The position numbers and the translations under genes were made by a program. The notes below the pieces were generated by a model, which was not told the DNA's origin, ran no database searches, and saw only the letters and a program-made list of their open reading frames with translations. From the NCBI GenBank assembly GCA_034520665.1, contig JAXHNJ010000001.1:322579-386578 (forward strand): a stretch of 64,000 nucleotides of DNA, given 5' to 3'. Shown here piece by piece: positions 9,839-18,811 of the stretch. Within the stretch, counting starts at the first letter, position 1. Each line of letters begins with the position of its first letter. Source of the DNA: Patescibacteria group bacterium. GTDB lineage: Bacteria; Patescibacteriota; Patescibacteriia; JAXHNJ01.

Positions 9839-9890
9839 AACAGAATTCGGCTTATAGGTTTGCTTGGGCTTTAATATTATTTTCTTTCTT

Positions 9891-11282
9891 ATGAAAAAAT
9901 CTGAGCTAATATTCTCAGCTATTTTAATACCAGTAGATTATTTAATGTTGCTTACCGCTGGTTTATTAGCCTATTATTTGCGTTTTGAAACCGCTCTGAC
10001 AGATATCAGGCCGGTTTTTTATGAAATGAGTTTTACGGGATATTTGTTTATAATTTTAGTGGTTAGTCTTGTGTTTTTGATTGTTTTTACCCTGTCTGGT
10101 TTATATAATATTAAAGGTACTCGTCGGTCAGTCGATGAGTATGCTAAGGTTTTTGTCGCTTGTTCAGCGGCTTTTATGCTTTTACTATTAGTCACCTTTT
10201 TTCAGCGTGAGCTATTTTCTTCTCGCTTTATTATTTTAACCGGTTATATTTTTAGTATAATTTTTGTTTCTATAGGCCGTTTCTTTGTCCGCTTAATTCA
10301 GAGATCATTATTTAAAAAAGGCATTGGTGTTCATAAAGTTTTGGTGGTGGGTCAAGATAAAGAAGCAGATAATATTGTTAAAGAGATAAATTTATACCCT
10401 AATCTTGGTTATCGGATAGTGGCTTGTCTTGATAATTTTTCCGAGGAAAATTTGGCAAAAGCAGAGAATATAATAAAAGAAAATAATATTGATGAATTAA
10501 TTCAGGCTGAAAGTAATCTAGCAAAGGAGCAGGTTTTAAATGAAATTGAGTTTTGTAATAACCATCATATTATCTTTAAATACGCCGCTGGTCTGGCCGA
10601 GGCCCAGCGTGTACACTTGGATGTTAATGCTATTGGGGGAGTACCTATTATTGAAGTCAAAAAAACTCCTTTAGACGGCTGGGGCAAAATTATAAAAAGA
10701 TTTTTTGATATAGTTTTATCATTTTTGGCTCTAATAATTTTATTGCCCTTATTTTTGATAGTAGCTTTGGCGGTTAAAATAGATTCAAGGGGTCCGGTTT
10801 TTGCCAGACTAAAAAGAATTGGAGAAGGGGGGCGCAGATTTACCCTTTTTAAATTTCGTTCCATGATAAAAGGAGCTCATGCTATGAAAAAAGACTTAGT
10901 AGCCATGAATGAAAGAAAAGATGGCCCTTTATTTAAAATAAAAAATGACCCCCGAATAACTAGAGTTGGGCGCTTTATCAGGAAAACCAGTTTGGATGAA
11001 TTACCACAACTATTTAATGTATTAAGAGGTGAGATGAGTTTAGTTGGTCCCCGGCCCCATGAACCCGAAGAAGTGGCTAGTTATGAAAAACATCATCGAA
11101 AGCTTTTGGCTATAAAACCAGGTATAACCGGACTAGCTCAGGTTTCTGGCCGTTCGGATTTGCTTTTTGAAGAAGAGGTTAAACTTGATATCCATTATAT
11201 TGAAAATTGGTCTTTAAAACTGGATTTACAAATTATTTTAAAAACACCTTTTGTAGTCTTATCCACTAAATCGGCTAATTAA
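9891..11282 (+). CDS. Undecaprenyl-phosphate sugar phosphotransferase (bacterial sugar transferase, WbaP/EpsL-like initiating enzyme)
   Basis: N-terminal TM helices plus the C-terminal Bac_transf domain (DIVLSFLALIILLPLFLIVALAVK...GPVFARLKRIG...FKFRSM...DELPQLFNVLRGEMSLVGPRP). An upstream TTG at 9864 would overlap the rnpB 3' end, so the ATG at 9891 is preferred. Confidence 0.8.
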   Translation: MKKSELIFSAILIPVDYLMLLTAGLLAYYLRFETALTDIRPVFYEMSFTGYLFIILVVSLVFLIVFTLSGLYNIKGTRRSVDEYAKVFVACSAAFMLLLLVTFFQRELFSSRFIILTGYIFSIIFVSIGRFFVRLIQRSLFKKGIGVHKVLVVGQDKEADNIVKEINLYPNLGYRIVACLDNFSEENLAKAENIIKENNIDELIQAESNLAKEQVLNEIEFCNNHHIIFKYAAGLAEAQRVHLDVNAIGGVPIIEVKKTPLDGWGKIIKRFFDIVLSFLALIILLPLFLIVALAVKIDSRGPVFARLKRIGEGGRRFTLFKFRSMIKGAHAMKKDLVAMNERKDGPLFKIKNDPRITRVGRFIRKTSLDELPQLFNVLRGEMSLVGPRPHEPEEVASYEKHHRKLLAIKPGITGLAQVSGRSDLLFEEEVKLDIHYIENWSLKLDLQIILKTPFVVLSTKSAN

Positions 11283-11283
11283 T

Positions 11284-12384
11284 ATGAAAGTAGCTCTAAT
11301 ACATGAACATTTAGCTCAGGACGGAGGAGCCGAAAAGGTATTAAAAGTTTTCCAGGAGATTTATCCAAAAGCCCCTACTTATACTTTGGTTTACGATAAG
11401 AAAAAAGCAAATAAAGTTTTTAGAAATAAAGATATTCGCACTTCTTTTATTCAAAAATTTCCTTTGGGAATAAGAAAATATAAGTGGTTTTTAATGTTTA
11501 TGCCTTCAGCTGTAGAAAGCTATGATTTAACGGAATACGATCTTATTTTATCTTCTTCCTCGGCTTTTTCTAAGGGGGTAATTACTTTACCCAAAACAGC
11601 TCATATTTGTTACTGTCATTCTCCCACTCGGTATCTTTGGTCTGATACTCACAGTTATGTCCAGGAACTCTCTTATAATCGCCTGATTAAGAAGATTTTA
11701 CCTTTTTATCTGACAAAGTTACGTTTATGGGATTTTTCCGCAGCTCAAAGGGTTGATCAGTTTATTGCTAATTCAAAATGTGTAGAAAAAAGAATAAATA
11801 AATATTATCGTCGCTCTTCTAAAATTATTTATCCACCAGTGGAAACCAAAGAATTTTATATATCTGATAAAATAGGTAATTACTATTTAACCGGTGGCCG
11901 CCTGGTTGCCTATAAACGCTTTGATATTACAGTTCGAGCCTTTAGTCGGTTGGGTATTCCTTTAAAAGTATTTGGAGTCGGTCCAGAAATGGAGAAATTA
12001 AAGGAAATGGCTAAGGATAATGTTGAATTTTTGGGTAAAGTGAGTGAAGAAGAATTAAAAAAATTATACAGTCAAAGTATTGCTTTTATTCATCCTCAAG
12101 AAGAGGATTTTGGTATTACCCCTATTGAATCAATGGCTTCTGGTCGCCCGGTTATTGCTTACGCGGCTGGCGGAGCTCTAGAAACAGTAAAGGCAGGGGA
12201 GACCGGAGATTTTTTTGAAGATCAGGAATGGGAGGCTTTAGCTGATAAAGTTATTAGATTTAAACCAAATCAATTTAACCCACAATTAATTAAAGAACAC
12301 GCCCTTAATTTTGACACAGTCCGGTTTAAAGAAAATATTAAAAATTTTGTTAAAAACTATTATAATAAATATATTAATAATTAA
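11284..12384 (+). CDS. Glycosyltransferase family 4
   Basis: GT4 C-terminal motif EDFGITPIESMASGRPVIAYAAGGALETV. Confidence 0.7.
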   Translation: MKVALIHEHLAQDGGAEKVLKVFQEIYPKAPTYTLVYDKKKANKVFRNKDIRTSFIQKFPLGIRKYKWFLMFMPSAVESYDLTEYDLILSSSSAFSKGVITLPKTAHICYCHSPTRYLWSDTHSYVQELSYNRLIKKILPFYLTKLRLWDFSAAQRVDQFIANSKCVEKRINKYYRRSSKIIYPPVETKEFYISDKIGNYYLTGGRLVAYKRFDITVRAFSRLGIPLKVFGVGPEMEKLKEMAKDNVEFLGKVSEEELKKLYSQSIAFIHPQEEDFGITPIESMASGRPVIAYAAGGALETVKAGETGDFFEDQEWEALADKVIRFKPNQFNPQLIKEHALNFDTVRFKENIKNFVKNYYNKYINN

Positions 12385-12394
12385 AAAATAAAAA

Positions 12395-13024
12395 ATGGAA
12401 TTAAAAGAATATTTAAAAATTGTTAAAAAACATTTAATTTTAGTTATTGCCTTGATACTGCTTATTGGAGGCGCTGCTTTTCTATTTAGCTATTTTCAAC
12501 CTAATACCTATGAAGCCTCGGTTTCCTTTGCTGTTAACCGGATAAATACCAAAGAAACACAAGATTATCAGTTTGACGGTTATTATGCCATTCAGGCTTC
12601 AGACTTAGTTTCACAAACAGTGGTCAGCTGGTTTTCCACTCCTTCGGTAGTTCTGGAGATTTATGAAAAGGCAAATATTAGCCCCCAGTATAATTCTTTA
12701 GAGGAATTTGCTACTTTTTTTAATACCAAAAAGTACTCAGCTCAAAATATTAATGTGAAGTTTAAAGAAAAAACCCAAGAAAAGGCTGAAAATATAGCGG
12801 CGGCTACTATTGAAGTAATTAATGCCAAAGTTAAAGCCTTGAATAAAAGTTCTGATTCTGATTCATTATTTGAAGCCCAAGCCTCTTCGCCAGTGGTGGT
12901 GGAAACTACCCCTAATCTTTGGCTAAATACAATCATTGGCTTAGTGGTAGGATTAATTTTGGGCTTATTTTTAGTTTATCTTGTAGATTATTTTAAGAGT
13001 GAAGAAAAAAAGGAAATTTATTAA
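12395..13024 (+). CDS. Wzz/CapA-like polysaccharide chain-length determinant-type protein (bitopic)
   Basis: N- and C-terminal TM helices flank a ~140-aa extracytoplasmic domain. The gene lies between glycosyltransferase genes. Confidence 0.4.
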   Translation: MELKEYLKIVKKHLILVIALILLIGGAAFLFSYFQPNTYEASVSFAVNRINTKETQDYQFDGYYAIQASDLVSQTVVSWFSTPSVVLEIYEKANISPQYNSLEEFATFFNTKKYSAQNINVKFKEKTQEKAENIAAATIEVINAKVKALNKSSDSDSLFEAQASSPVVVETTPNLWLNTIIGLVVGLILGLFLVYLVDYFKSEEKKEIY

Positions 13025-13027
13025 AAT

Positions 13028-14155
13028 ATGAGAATTGGCATTGATGCTCGTTTTTACGGGCCAAAAGCTAAGGGTTTAGGACGATACGCAGAGAAATTAT
13101 TACAGTATTTAGATAAAATTGATCAGAAAAATGATTATATAGTTTTTTTAAGAAAAGAAAATTTTAAGAAATTTCAACCTTCTTCAGATAATTTTAAAAA
13201 GGTGATAGCTGATTTTAGATGGTATTCGCTAGCTGAACAGATCAGGATGCCGCTTTTAACCAGAAAATATAATCTCGATTTAATGCATTTTCCTCACTTT
13301 AATGTTCCTTTGTTTTATCAAGGTAAATTTATAGTCACTATTCATGATTTGATTTTAACGCGCTTTCCTACAGAAAGAGCTTCTACCCTGGGTCCTTTTC
13401 TGTATAAGATGAAACACTTGCTTTATAAGCTGGTTATCAGACAGGCTATAAAAAAGGCGCAGAAAATAATTACAGTTTCTAATTTTTCTAAAAAAGATAT
13501 TGAAGATAATTTTCCATTGGCTAAAGGTAAGGTATCAGTAACCTATGAAGCCACTAGTGATTTTAAAAAAACAATAGCTAATATAGATAGTGAGGCTTTT
13601 TTTCAAAAATATAAATTTAAACCGCCTTATATTCTTTATGTGGGTAATGCTTACCCCCATAAAAATTTGGAAAAATTTATAAAAGTTTTTAAATTATTAG
13701 AAAAAAAAGGAATAGCCCCTTATTTTGTTTTGGTCGGTAAAATGGATTATTTTTTTCAGCGTTTGAAAAAATACGTCAAAGAGTTAAAATTAAGTAAGAG
13801 AGTAAAATTTTTAGGGTATGTTAGTGATGAAGAGCTTAAATTCCTTTATCAAAAGGCGAAACTTTATGTTTTTCCCTCATTAATTGAAGGCTTTGGCCTG
13901 CCTCCTTTGGAAGCTATGAGCCAAGGTTTGCCAGTTTTATCCAGTAATCAATCTTGTCTGCCTGAGGTTTTGGGCCATGCGGCTGAGTACTTTAACCCTA
14001 AAGATCTCGATAATATGGCTGAAAAACTGGAATATTTATTGAAAAACAAAGAAACTAGAGAAATGATGCGAGAAAAAGGCTATCAACAAGTCAAAAAATA
14101 CAAATGGATTAATTTAGCTCAAAAAACATTATCAATATATGAATTAAATAATTAG
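13028..14155 (+). CDS. Glycosyltransferase family 4
   Basis: EGFGLPPLEAMSQGLPVLSSN motif. 4-bp spacing to neighbouring cluster genes. Confidence 0.7.
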   Translation: MRIGIDARFYGPKAKGLGRYAEKLLQYLDKIDQKNDYIVFLRKENFKKFQPSSDNFKKVIADFRWYSLAEQIRMPLLTRKYNLDLMHFPHFNVPLFYQGKFIVTIHDLILTRFPTERASTLGPFLYKMKHLLYKLVIRQAIKKAQKIITVSNFSKKDIEDNFPLAKGKVSVTYEATSDFKKTIANIDSEAFFQKYKFKPPYILYVGNAYPHKNLEKFIKVFKLLEKKGIAPYFVLVGKMDYFFQRLKKYVKELKLSKRVKFLGYVSDEELKFLYQKAKLYVFPSLIEGFGLPPLEAMSQGLPVLSSNQSCLPEVLGHAAEYFNPKDLDNMAEKLEYLLKNKETREMMREKGYQQVKKYKWINLAQKTLSIYELNN

Positions 14156-14159
14156 ATAA

Positions 14160-16340
14160 ATGGCAAAAAATAAATCAAAAAGTACAAAAAATAATCTAAA
14201 TATTCCGTCGGATAATATTATTGATCTGAGAAAAGTTTTAGTCGAGGAGGAAAAAAAACAAAAGCAGGAAAAAAAGAAATTTTTTGATTATTTTTATTTT
14301 ACTAAAAAAGCAAAATCTAAAAGTAAGCCTAAAAAAATTAAGTCTAAAAAAGGAAGACCAATTAAACAATATAAGTTTGAAATTAAATGGTCCAAAATTG
14401 GAGCTTTCTCTATAATCTGCCTTTTTTTGATCGTCCCTTTATTTTTATTGGCTGGTTATCAAAATATTGATAAAGTAAAAGGCCGTGTTTTAGGAGTTTC
14501 TGTGGTAGCCATGGAAAATTTAAAAAGCGCTGGCACGGCCGCGGCTGACTTTGATTTAGAAAAAGCTCAGACAGGATTTGTTAAAGCTGGAGAAAAGTTT
14601 GAAGAAGCGGAAAAAGAACTGGGCCAAATTAACGGATTTTTACTTTCTCTTTTAAAATTAGTGCCAATTAAAGGCAAAACTATTACTTCGGGTCAGCATC
14701 TTTTAAAAGCCGGGAAAGATATGGCTGAAATCGGCCAGCTGATTAGTGAAAAAATTAAGCCCTTAACTAGTCAGACTTCTTTAAACAAAAATAAGCTTAA
14801 TCTGGCTGAAAGCCTGATAAATCTAAATAGTAATATTAAACGTATAAATTTACTTTTTAATGATTTAAAAGGCCATTTAAATAAAGTTGATGCTGATAGT
14901 TTGCCGCCTGAATACAGAGAAGAGGTAAAAAGAGTGCAGAATATATTACCGGAGTTTGATGGCTATATAAGTAAAATGAATAAAGTTTTTAATATAGCCA
15001 GCGGTTTTTTAGCGCCCGAGGGCCAAAAAGAGTACTTGTTTCTTTTTCAAAATAATTCGGAAATTAGACCAACCGGCGGTTTTATTGGTTCTTTAGCTCT
15101 GGTAAATGTTAACCGAGGTCAGATTAAAATACTAGAAGTGCCCCCCCGGGGTCCTTATGAAATTAATGATGATTTTCAGGAAAAAATTATTCCCCCCAAG
15201 CCTTTGTGGCTGATCAATAACCAATGGCAGATACAAGACGCCAACTGGTTTGCTGACTTTCCCACCAGTGCCGAAAAGATTAACTGGTTTTATGAAAAGG
15301 CCAGAGGATTTTCAGTTGATGGTATAGTAACCTTGACTCCGGACGTAGTGGTTAACTTACTAGAGATAACCGGCCCTATCACTTTAGATAAGTATGAAAC
15401 GGTTATCACTAGCGATAATTTTATAGAGCAGACCCAAAAACAGGTTGAGCTTGAATATGATAAAGAAGTTAACCAGCCCAAGCAAATTATTGCTGATTTG
15501 ATACCCTTACTTTTGGAAAAGATTTTTAATACCCAAAATAATAAAATAATTGATGTCATTAACACTCTACAAAAGTCCTTAAAAGAAAAAGATATTTTGA
15601 TATATTTTGAGGATGAAGACTTACAAAATAAAGTTGAAAAATTAAACTGGGGCGGCCAAGTTCAAAAAGCAGAGAGAGATTATTTAATGGTGGTCAATAC
15701 TAATATCGGCGGTGGTAAAACAGACCGAGTGATAAAGCAAGAAATTTACCATCAGGCGGAGATTAAAGCTGACGGCCGTGTTATTGATACTTTAACCATT
15801 CAAAGACGGCATAATGGCAATCCGGAAAATTATTTTACCAAAATAAAAAATATGGATTATTTAAGGGTTTATGTGCCACCAGGCAGTCAGCTGATTGAAG
15901 TTAGTGGTTTTGATCAAATTGATAAAAATTTACTAATTTATCCGGAAAAAGAAGCAATTGAAGATTCATTTTTACTTTCCCAGGAAAAAGATCCTATAAT
16001 TCATGAGCGAAGTAATACTCGGATAACCCAGGAATTTAATAAAACAGTTTTTGCTAATTGGATCGGTTTAGAAGTAGGGGAGAGCCAGACAGTCACTATA
16101 AAATATAAGCTACCTTTTAAAATAAAGGATAAAAAAGACCTTTATTCTTTATACATACAAAAACAGCCCGGCGCTAAAAACAGCTTCATAAATACCAGCT
16201 TAACTCTGGACCAAAATTATCAGGTTATTGATCAAACTGATCAGAATACTAACAAGGCCGAAAACATAATTGAGTATTCTGATAATCTGGATACAGACAA
16301 AGCCTATGGCGTTATTTTGGAAAAAAATGGCCAAAATTAG
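14160..16340 (+). CDS. Membrane-anchored DUF4012-like extracytoplasmic protein of the polysaccharide cluster
   Basis: Basic N-terminus, a single TM helix, and a large domain with FLFQNNSEIRPTGGFIGS. This motif is recalled as characteristic of DUF4012; the family assignment is from memory. Confidence 0.45.
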   Translation: MAKNKSKSTKNNLNIPSDNIIDLRKVLVEEEKKQKQEKKKFFDYFYFTKKAKSKSKPKKIKSKKGRPIKQYKFEIKWSKIGAFSIICLFLIVPLFLLAGYQNIDKVKGRVLGVSVVAMENLKSAGTAAADFDLEKAQTGFVKAGEKFEEAEKELGQINGFLLSLLKLVPIKGKTITSGQHLLKAGKDMAEIGQLISEKIKPLTSQTSLNKNKLNLAESLINLNSNIKRINLLFNDLKGHLNKVDADSLPPEYREEVKRVQNILPEFDGYISKMNKVFNIASGFLAPEGQKEYLFLFQNNSEIRPTGGFIGSLALVNVNRGQIKILEVPPRGPYEINDDFQEKIIPPKPLWLINNQWQIQDANWFADFPTSAEKINWFYEKARGFSVDGIVTLTPDVVVNLLEITGPITLDKYETVITSDNFIEQTQKQVELEYDKEVNQPKQIIADLIPLLLEKIFNTQNNKIIDVINTLQKSLKEKDILIYFEDEDLQNKVEKLNWGGQVQKAERDYLMVVNTNIGGGKTDRVIKQEIYHQAEIKADGRVIDTLTIQRRHNGNPENYFTKIKNMDYLRVYVPPGSQLIEVSGFDQIDKNLLIYPEKEAIEDSFLLSQEKDPIIHERSNTRITQEFNKTVFANWIGLEVGESQTVTIKYKLPFKIKDKKDLYSLYIQKQPGAKNSFINTSLTLDQNYQVIDQTDQNTNKAENIIEYSDNLDTDKAYGVILEKNGQN

Positions 16341-16404
16341 CCTATAATAATTTATATTTTACCTAATATTAGCCCAAATTCTTACAAGGCTGTGGATAAA
16401 GCCC

Positions 16405-16433
16405 TTGACATAATTTAAAGCTTGATATATGAT
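16405..16433 (+). promoter_or_regulatory. Sigma70-like promoter (TTGACA-17-TATGAT) with no CDS downstream
   Basis: Perfect -35 box and a good -10 box. The next ORF on this strand is 1 kb away. Confidence 0.45.
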
Positions 16434-16439
16434 GACTTG

Positions 16440-16620
16440 TTACAGTAGAAAAATAGTGATTAAAGGAAAATCACTCTTTGACAACTAAATAAGTGGAGAG
16501 AGTCAAGAAAGAAATTTCTTGTCAACCAATATAATTTTTATAGTTGAATTAATTCAATTAAAATAAAACCTTTTATTATAAAAAGAGCTCTCTCTAGAAT
16601 AAGATGAGAGTTCTTTTTGT
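16440..16620 (+). ncRNA. Candidate small RNA (promoter to intrinsic terminator, ~180 nt)
   Basis: Bounded by the promoter at 16405-16433 and the terminator at 16582-16620. Internal hairpins include GTGATT...AATCAC and TTGACAA...TTGTCAA. No ORF longer than 30 aa. Confidence 0.35.
16582..16620 (+). terminator. Intrinsic terminator
   Basis: 11-bp stem AAAGAGCTCTC/GAGAGTTCTTT followed by TTTTTGTT. Confidence 0.55.
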
Positions 16621-17124
16621 TAAAGACTTTTATTTTCAGAAACAAATATTGGGGGGTAGTAAGGATTATCTTACAAAGAATAAAAGCTTTGAGGATGATC
16701 TGAGGCCACCTGAGAAAATTAGGTCCGGCCTAAACTGGACTTAGATTTTCGGAAGCTGGCCAAGGTTAATTTCTTTTAAAGAATATTAGCTGTCCGCTAC
16801 TGCCCAGTATTTGTTCCTGAAATTTTAGGAAAATAGGAGGGGCGGAGACTTCATGTTTCTTAGCCCCTCCACCAGTAATTTTCTACTTAAATATTTAAAG
16901 TCTGGCCAAAGGAGGGAAGAAAGATTATGGGGTAACATAATGATGTTTATATCCGGAGTTATCTGGGTTATCCATCAGGTTACCTTTTAAGGCCTTCTAC
17001 TTGCAGTAGAAGTGACCAATTAATAATCTAACCTCCTTCTGCTAGACTTTAAGAGGAGAATTCTCTAGTCGCTACCAAAATTTGTACCTTATATTATTTT
17101 TATAGCACATTATCATCATATCAG

Positions 17125-17200
17125 GGGAAGGCTTAATTTTCTGTTGAATATCTAAATTATATCTACATATTCATAAGATCCAGCCTTCCCCTTCTTTTTT
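17125..17200 (+). terminator. Long-loop hairpin plus T-run (terminator-like), with no coding gene upstream
   Basis: 10-bp stem GGGGAAGGCT/AGCCTTCCCC enclosing ~47 nt, followed by CTTCTTTTTT. Confidence 0.4.
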
Positions 17201-17417
17201 AAGCCAGTGATTTAAAATAAATGATTGTCTTAAAAAAGTTCATTTTTCCCACATATTTTCCTACCGAGGCCAGTCACCCGCTGGCCTATCCCCACATCAA
17301 AAGGAGAGAAGAAATAAACACTTTTTCTCTCCTTCCTTCCTGAGAAGGTTAATTAAAGCTTAATTTTTTCAGGAAGGAAAGTTAGTTCTTTGAAACGTCT
17401 AAAAGAAAGGGGAAGTA

Positions 17418-17609
17418 ATGCTGCATAAGTTGAATATAATGTTTATTACGGCAATTGAAATAAATATTATTCTTGCTATTTACTTAATCTTTAAGGCTTA
17501 TAGTGGTCTGTCTGGAATAATATTTATGGCTGTTGCAATACCGTGTGATATGTTTCTTTCATATCACACGATTAGTAATTTAAAAAGACCTTTTGGCTTT
17601 TCCCTTTAA
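17418..17609 (+). CDS. Small hydrophobic protein (63 aa, two predicted TM segments)
   Basis: AAAGGGGAAG RBS 6 nt before the ATG. Hydrophobic sequence, and a terminator immediately downstream. Confidence 0.35.
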   Translation: MLHKLNIMFITAIEINIILAIYLIFKAYSGLSGIIFMAVAIPCDMFLSYHTISNLKRPFGFSL

Positions 17610-17642
17610 ACTCAGGATAGTTAAAGGGTCTGATGAGTTTTT

Positions 17643-17674
17643 GAGACTTCTCTTTATAAAAAGTCTCAATTTTC
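17643..17674 (+). terminator. Intrinsic terminator
   Basis: GAGACTT-ctctttataaaa-AAGTCTC followed by AATTTT. Confidence 0.5.
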
Positions 17675-17722
17675 CCAAAAGCATTATAATTTAGTGCTTT
17701 TAGGAAAGTTAGTTCTTTGATA
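17668..17722 (+). promoter_or_regulatory. Island promoter/leader module, copy 1 (TATAAT at 17685-17690)
   Basis: TTTTCCCAAAAGCATTATAATTTAGTGCTTTTAGGAAAGTTAGTTCTTTGATAA. Four more copies lie upstream of island genes. Confidence 0.5.
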
Positions 17723-17725
17723 AAA

Positions 17726-17965
17726 ATAATATATTTACCAGTCCTGGTTCCGGCGCTTAGTTTCAAATTTAAAAAAGTATTTTGAGATTGAGCGCCGGAA
17801 CAAGGCACGTCCGAGAGGGCAGCCGTGGGAGTAAAATCTCCTTCACGGATTATTTAGCAAGGAATTTTTTTCCTTGCAAGTTCAAAAATTTGCGTTCTAG
17901 CCGCAAAAAGAATTTTATAATCCGTTATACGAATTGCTAGGATTCGTATGAGAGAAGGAGGAAAC
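17726..17965 (+). promoter_or_regulatory. Highly structured ~240-nt 5' leader (candidate cis-regulatory RNA) ahead of the 17966 gene
   Basis: Five consecutive hairpins: TTCCGGCGCT/AGCGCCGGAA; GGGAG/CTCCT; GCAAGGA/TCCTTGC; TTGCG/CGCAA; TACGAAT/ATTCGTA. The last abuts the GAAGGAGG RBS. Confidence 0.35.
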
Positions 17966-18619
17966 ATGGCTAAGAAAGTAATAGAATGGCCAGATAGATT
18001 TGAATCCCAGGTAATGAAAAAAAAGGTGGCAAAATATATAACTTGCCACCCCTGGGAAATAGAAGAGTACATATTCAAATATGTACTTAGAAGATTTAAA
18101 CATCCAGATTATGACCCCGTAAAGTTGGTGGTCGACGTCTTTAAAACCCTCTGCAACAGGGGGTTGTTAATAAAAGAAGATGTCTGGTCAAGTGGGGCGG
18201 GGTACCCCGTCTTGACAGACACCAACCTGAGAGAGATAAAAAAATATCTCTCTCCCAAGGTGAAAATAATCATTCGCCATGAGCTTCATAGTGGCGACTA
18301 TGGAGAAGAGTTTGTGTCCTGGACTAAACTCTTCCCGCTTGAAAAATCTAAACTGCTGGGACAGCAGTTTAGAAAAAGTGCCCCGCGATTCACTCGCAGT
18401 GGGCTTGCCAAGGCGAGTGACGTGGGAGAGGAACACTTAATTTCCCTTTACAGGATGAAGACGGGGATAATGGGTGACAAGGCCGTCAGATTCCTGTACA
18501 CCACCGACGACCCCCACACAATCTGGTTCGATGATAAAGATAAGGATGATCATGTCCGAATCAAGGTGATAGGGGCCGAGGAGGCGAGCAAGTTTTTAAG
18601 GGACAGGATAAAACCTTAA
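17966..18619 (+). CDS. Hypothetical cytoplasmic protein (GC-richer, ~45%, cassette gene)
   Basis: GAAGGAGG RBS and the ATG at 17966 are preferred over the upstream in-frame ATG at 17948. No recognisable domain. Base composition is distinct from the flanks. Confidence 0.5.
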   Translation: MAKKVIEWPDRFESQVMKKKVAKYITCHPWEIEEYIFKYVLRRFKHPDYDPVKLVVDVFKTLCNRGLLIKEDVWSSGAGYPVLTDTNLREIKKYLSPKVKIIIRHELHSGDYGEEFVSWTKLFPLEKSKLLGQQFRKSAPRFTRSGLAKASDVGEEHLISLYRMKTGIMGDKAVRFLYTTDDPHTIWFDDKDKDDHVRIKVIGAEEASKFLRDRIKP

Positions 18620-18672
18620 ATCTTGCCGCTGGCAAAGGATGCAGAACCTTTGCCCTTGTACATTAATTTTTA

Positions 18673-18712
18673 GAGGGACGATTTCACTTTTCAAAAGAAT
18701 AGATCGTCCCTC
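18673..18712. terminator. Hairpin (GAGGGACGA...TCGTCCCTC) separating convergent genes; repeated at 19763-19798
   Basis: 9-bp stem. The same hairpin-plus-promoter unit recurs 1.1 kb downstream. Confidence 0.4.
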
Positions 18713-18750
18713 ATTTTCCCAAAAGCATTATAATTTAGTGCTTTTAGGAG
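18713..18750 (+). promoter_or_regulatory. Island promoter/leader module, copy 2 (truncated, no gene downstream on + strand)
   Basis: ATTTTCCCAAAAGCATTATAATTTAGTGCTTTTAGGAGAG. It lacks the GTTAGTTCTTTGA tail. Confidence 0.4.
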
Positions 18751-18811
18751 AGAAAATAAAAATCCCATAACAGATATGTTATAGGATTAATACAAAAAGT
18801 ATTTTGAAAAT

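Larger units (their letters stand above)
9236..9866 (+). ncRNA. rnpB: RNase P RNA (bacterial type, unusually long, ~630 nt, with two large insertions)
   Basis: Conserved blocks are present: GGAGGAAAGTCCGAACAC (P4 5' strand), CCAGTGCAACAGAAAG.ACCGCC, GGTAAGGGTGAAA.CGTAGAGTAAGAGCCTACGCC, GGTG.AAACCC...GGTGCAAGACCAAA, CTAGATAGATGATCATC and ACAGAATTCGGCTTATAGG (P4 3' strand). A P1 pairing is predicted between AAGTAAACC at the 5' end and GGTTTGCTT at the 3' end. Confidence 0.8.

Noticed and set aside
16341-17417. tmRNA (ssrA) in the long ORF-free block
   Set aside because: No tRNA-like acceptor/T-arm pair (GGGG...TTCGAATCC...CCACCA-type ends) and no plausible tag-peptide reading frame could be found by eye. 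The only T-arm-like strings in the window belong to the three annotated tRNAs.
17572-18103. Minus-strand ORFs 17572..17808, 17854..18078 and 17915..18103
   Set aside because: They overlap the structured leader and the start of the 17966 gene on the opposite strand, are AT-biased with no RBS, and are considered noise.
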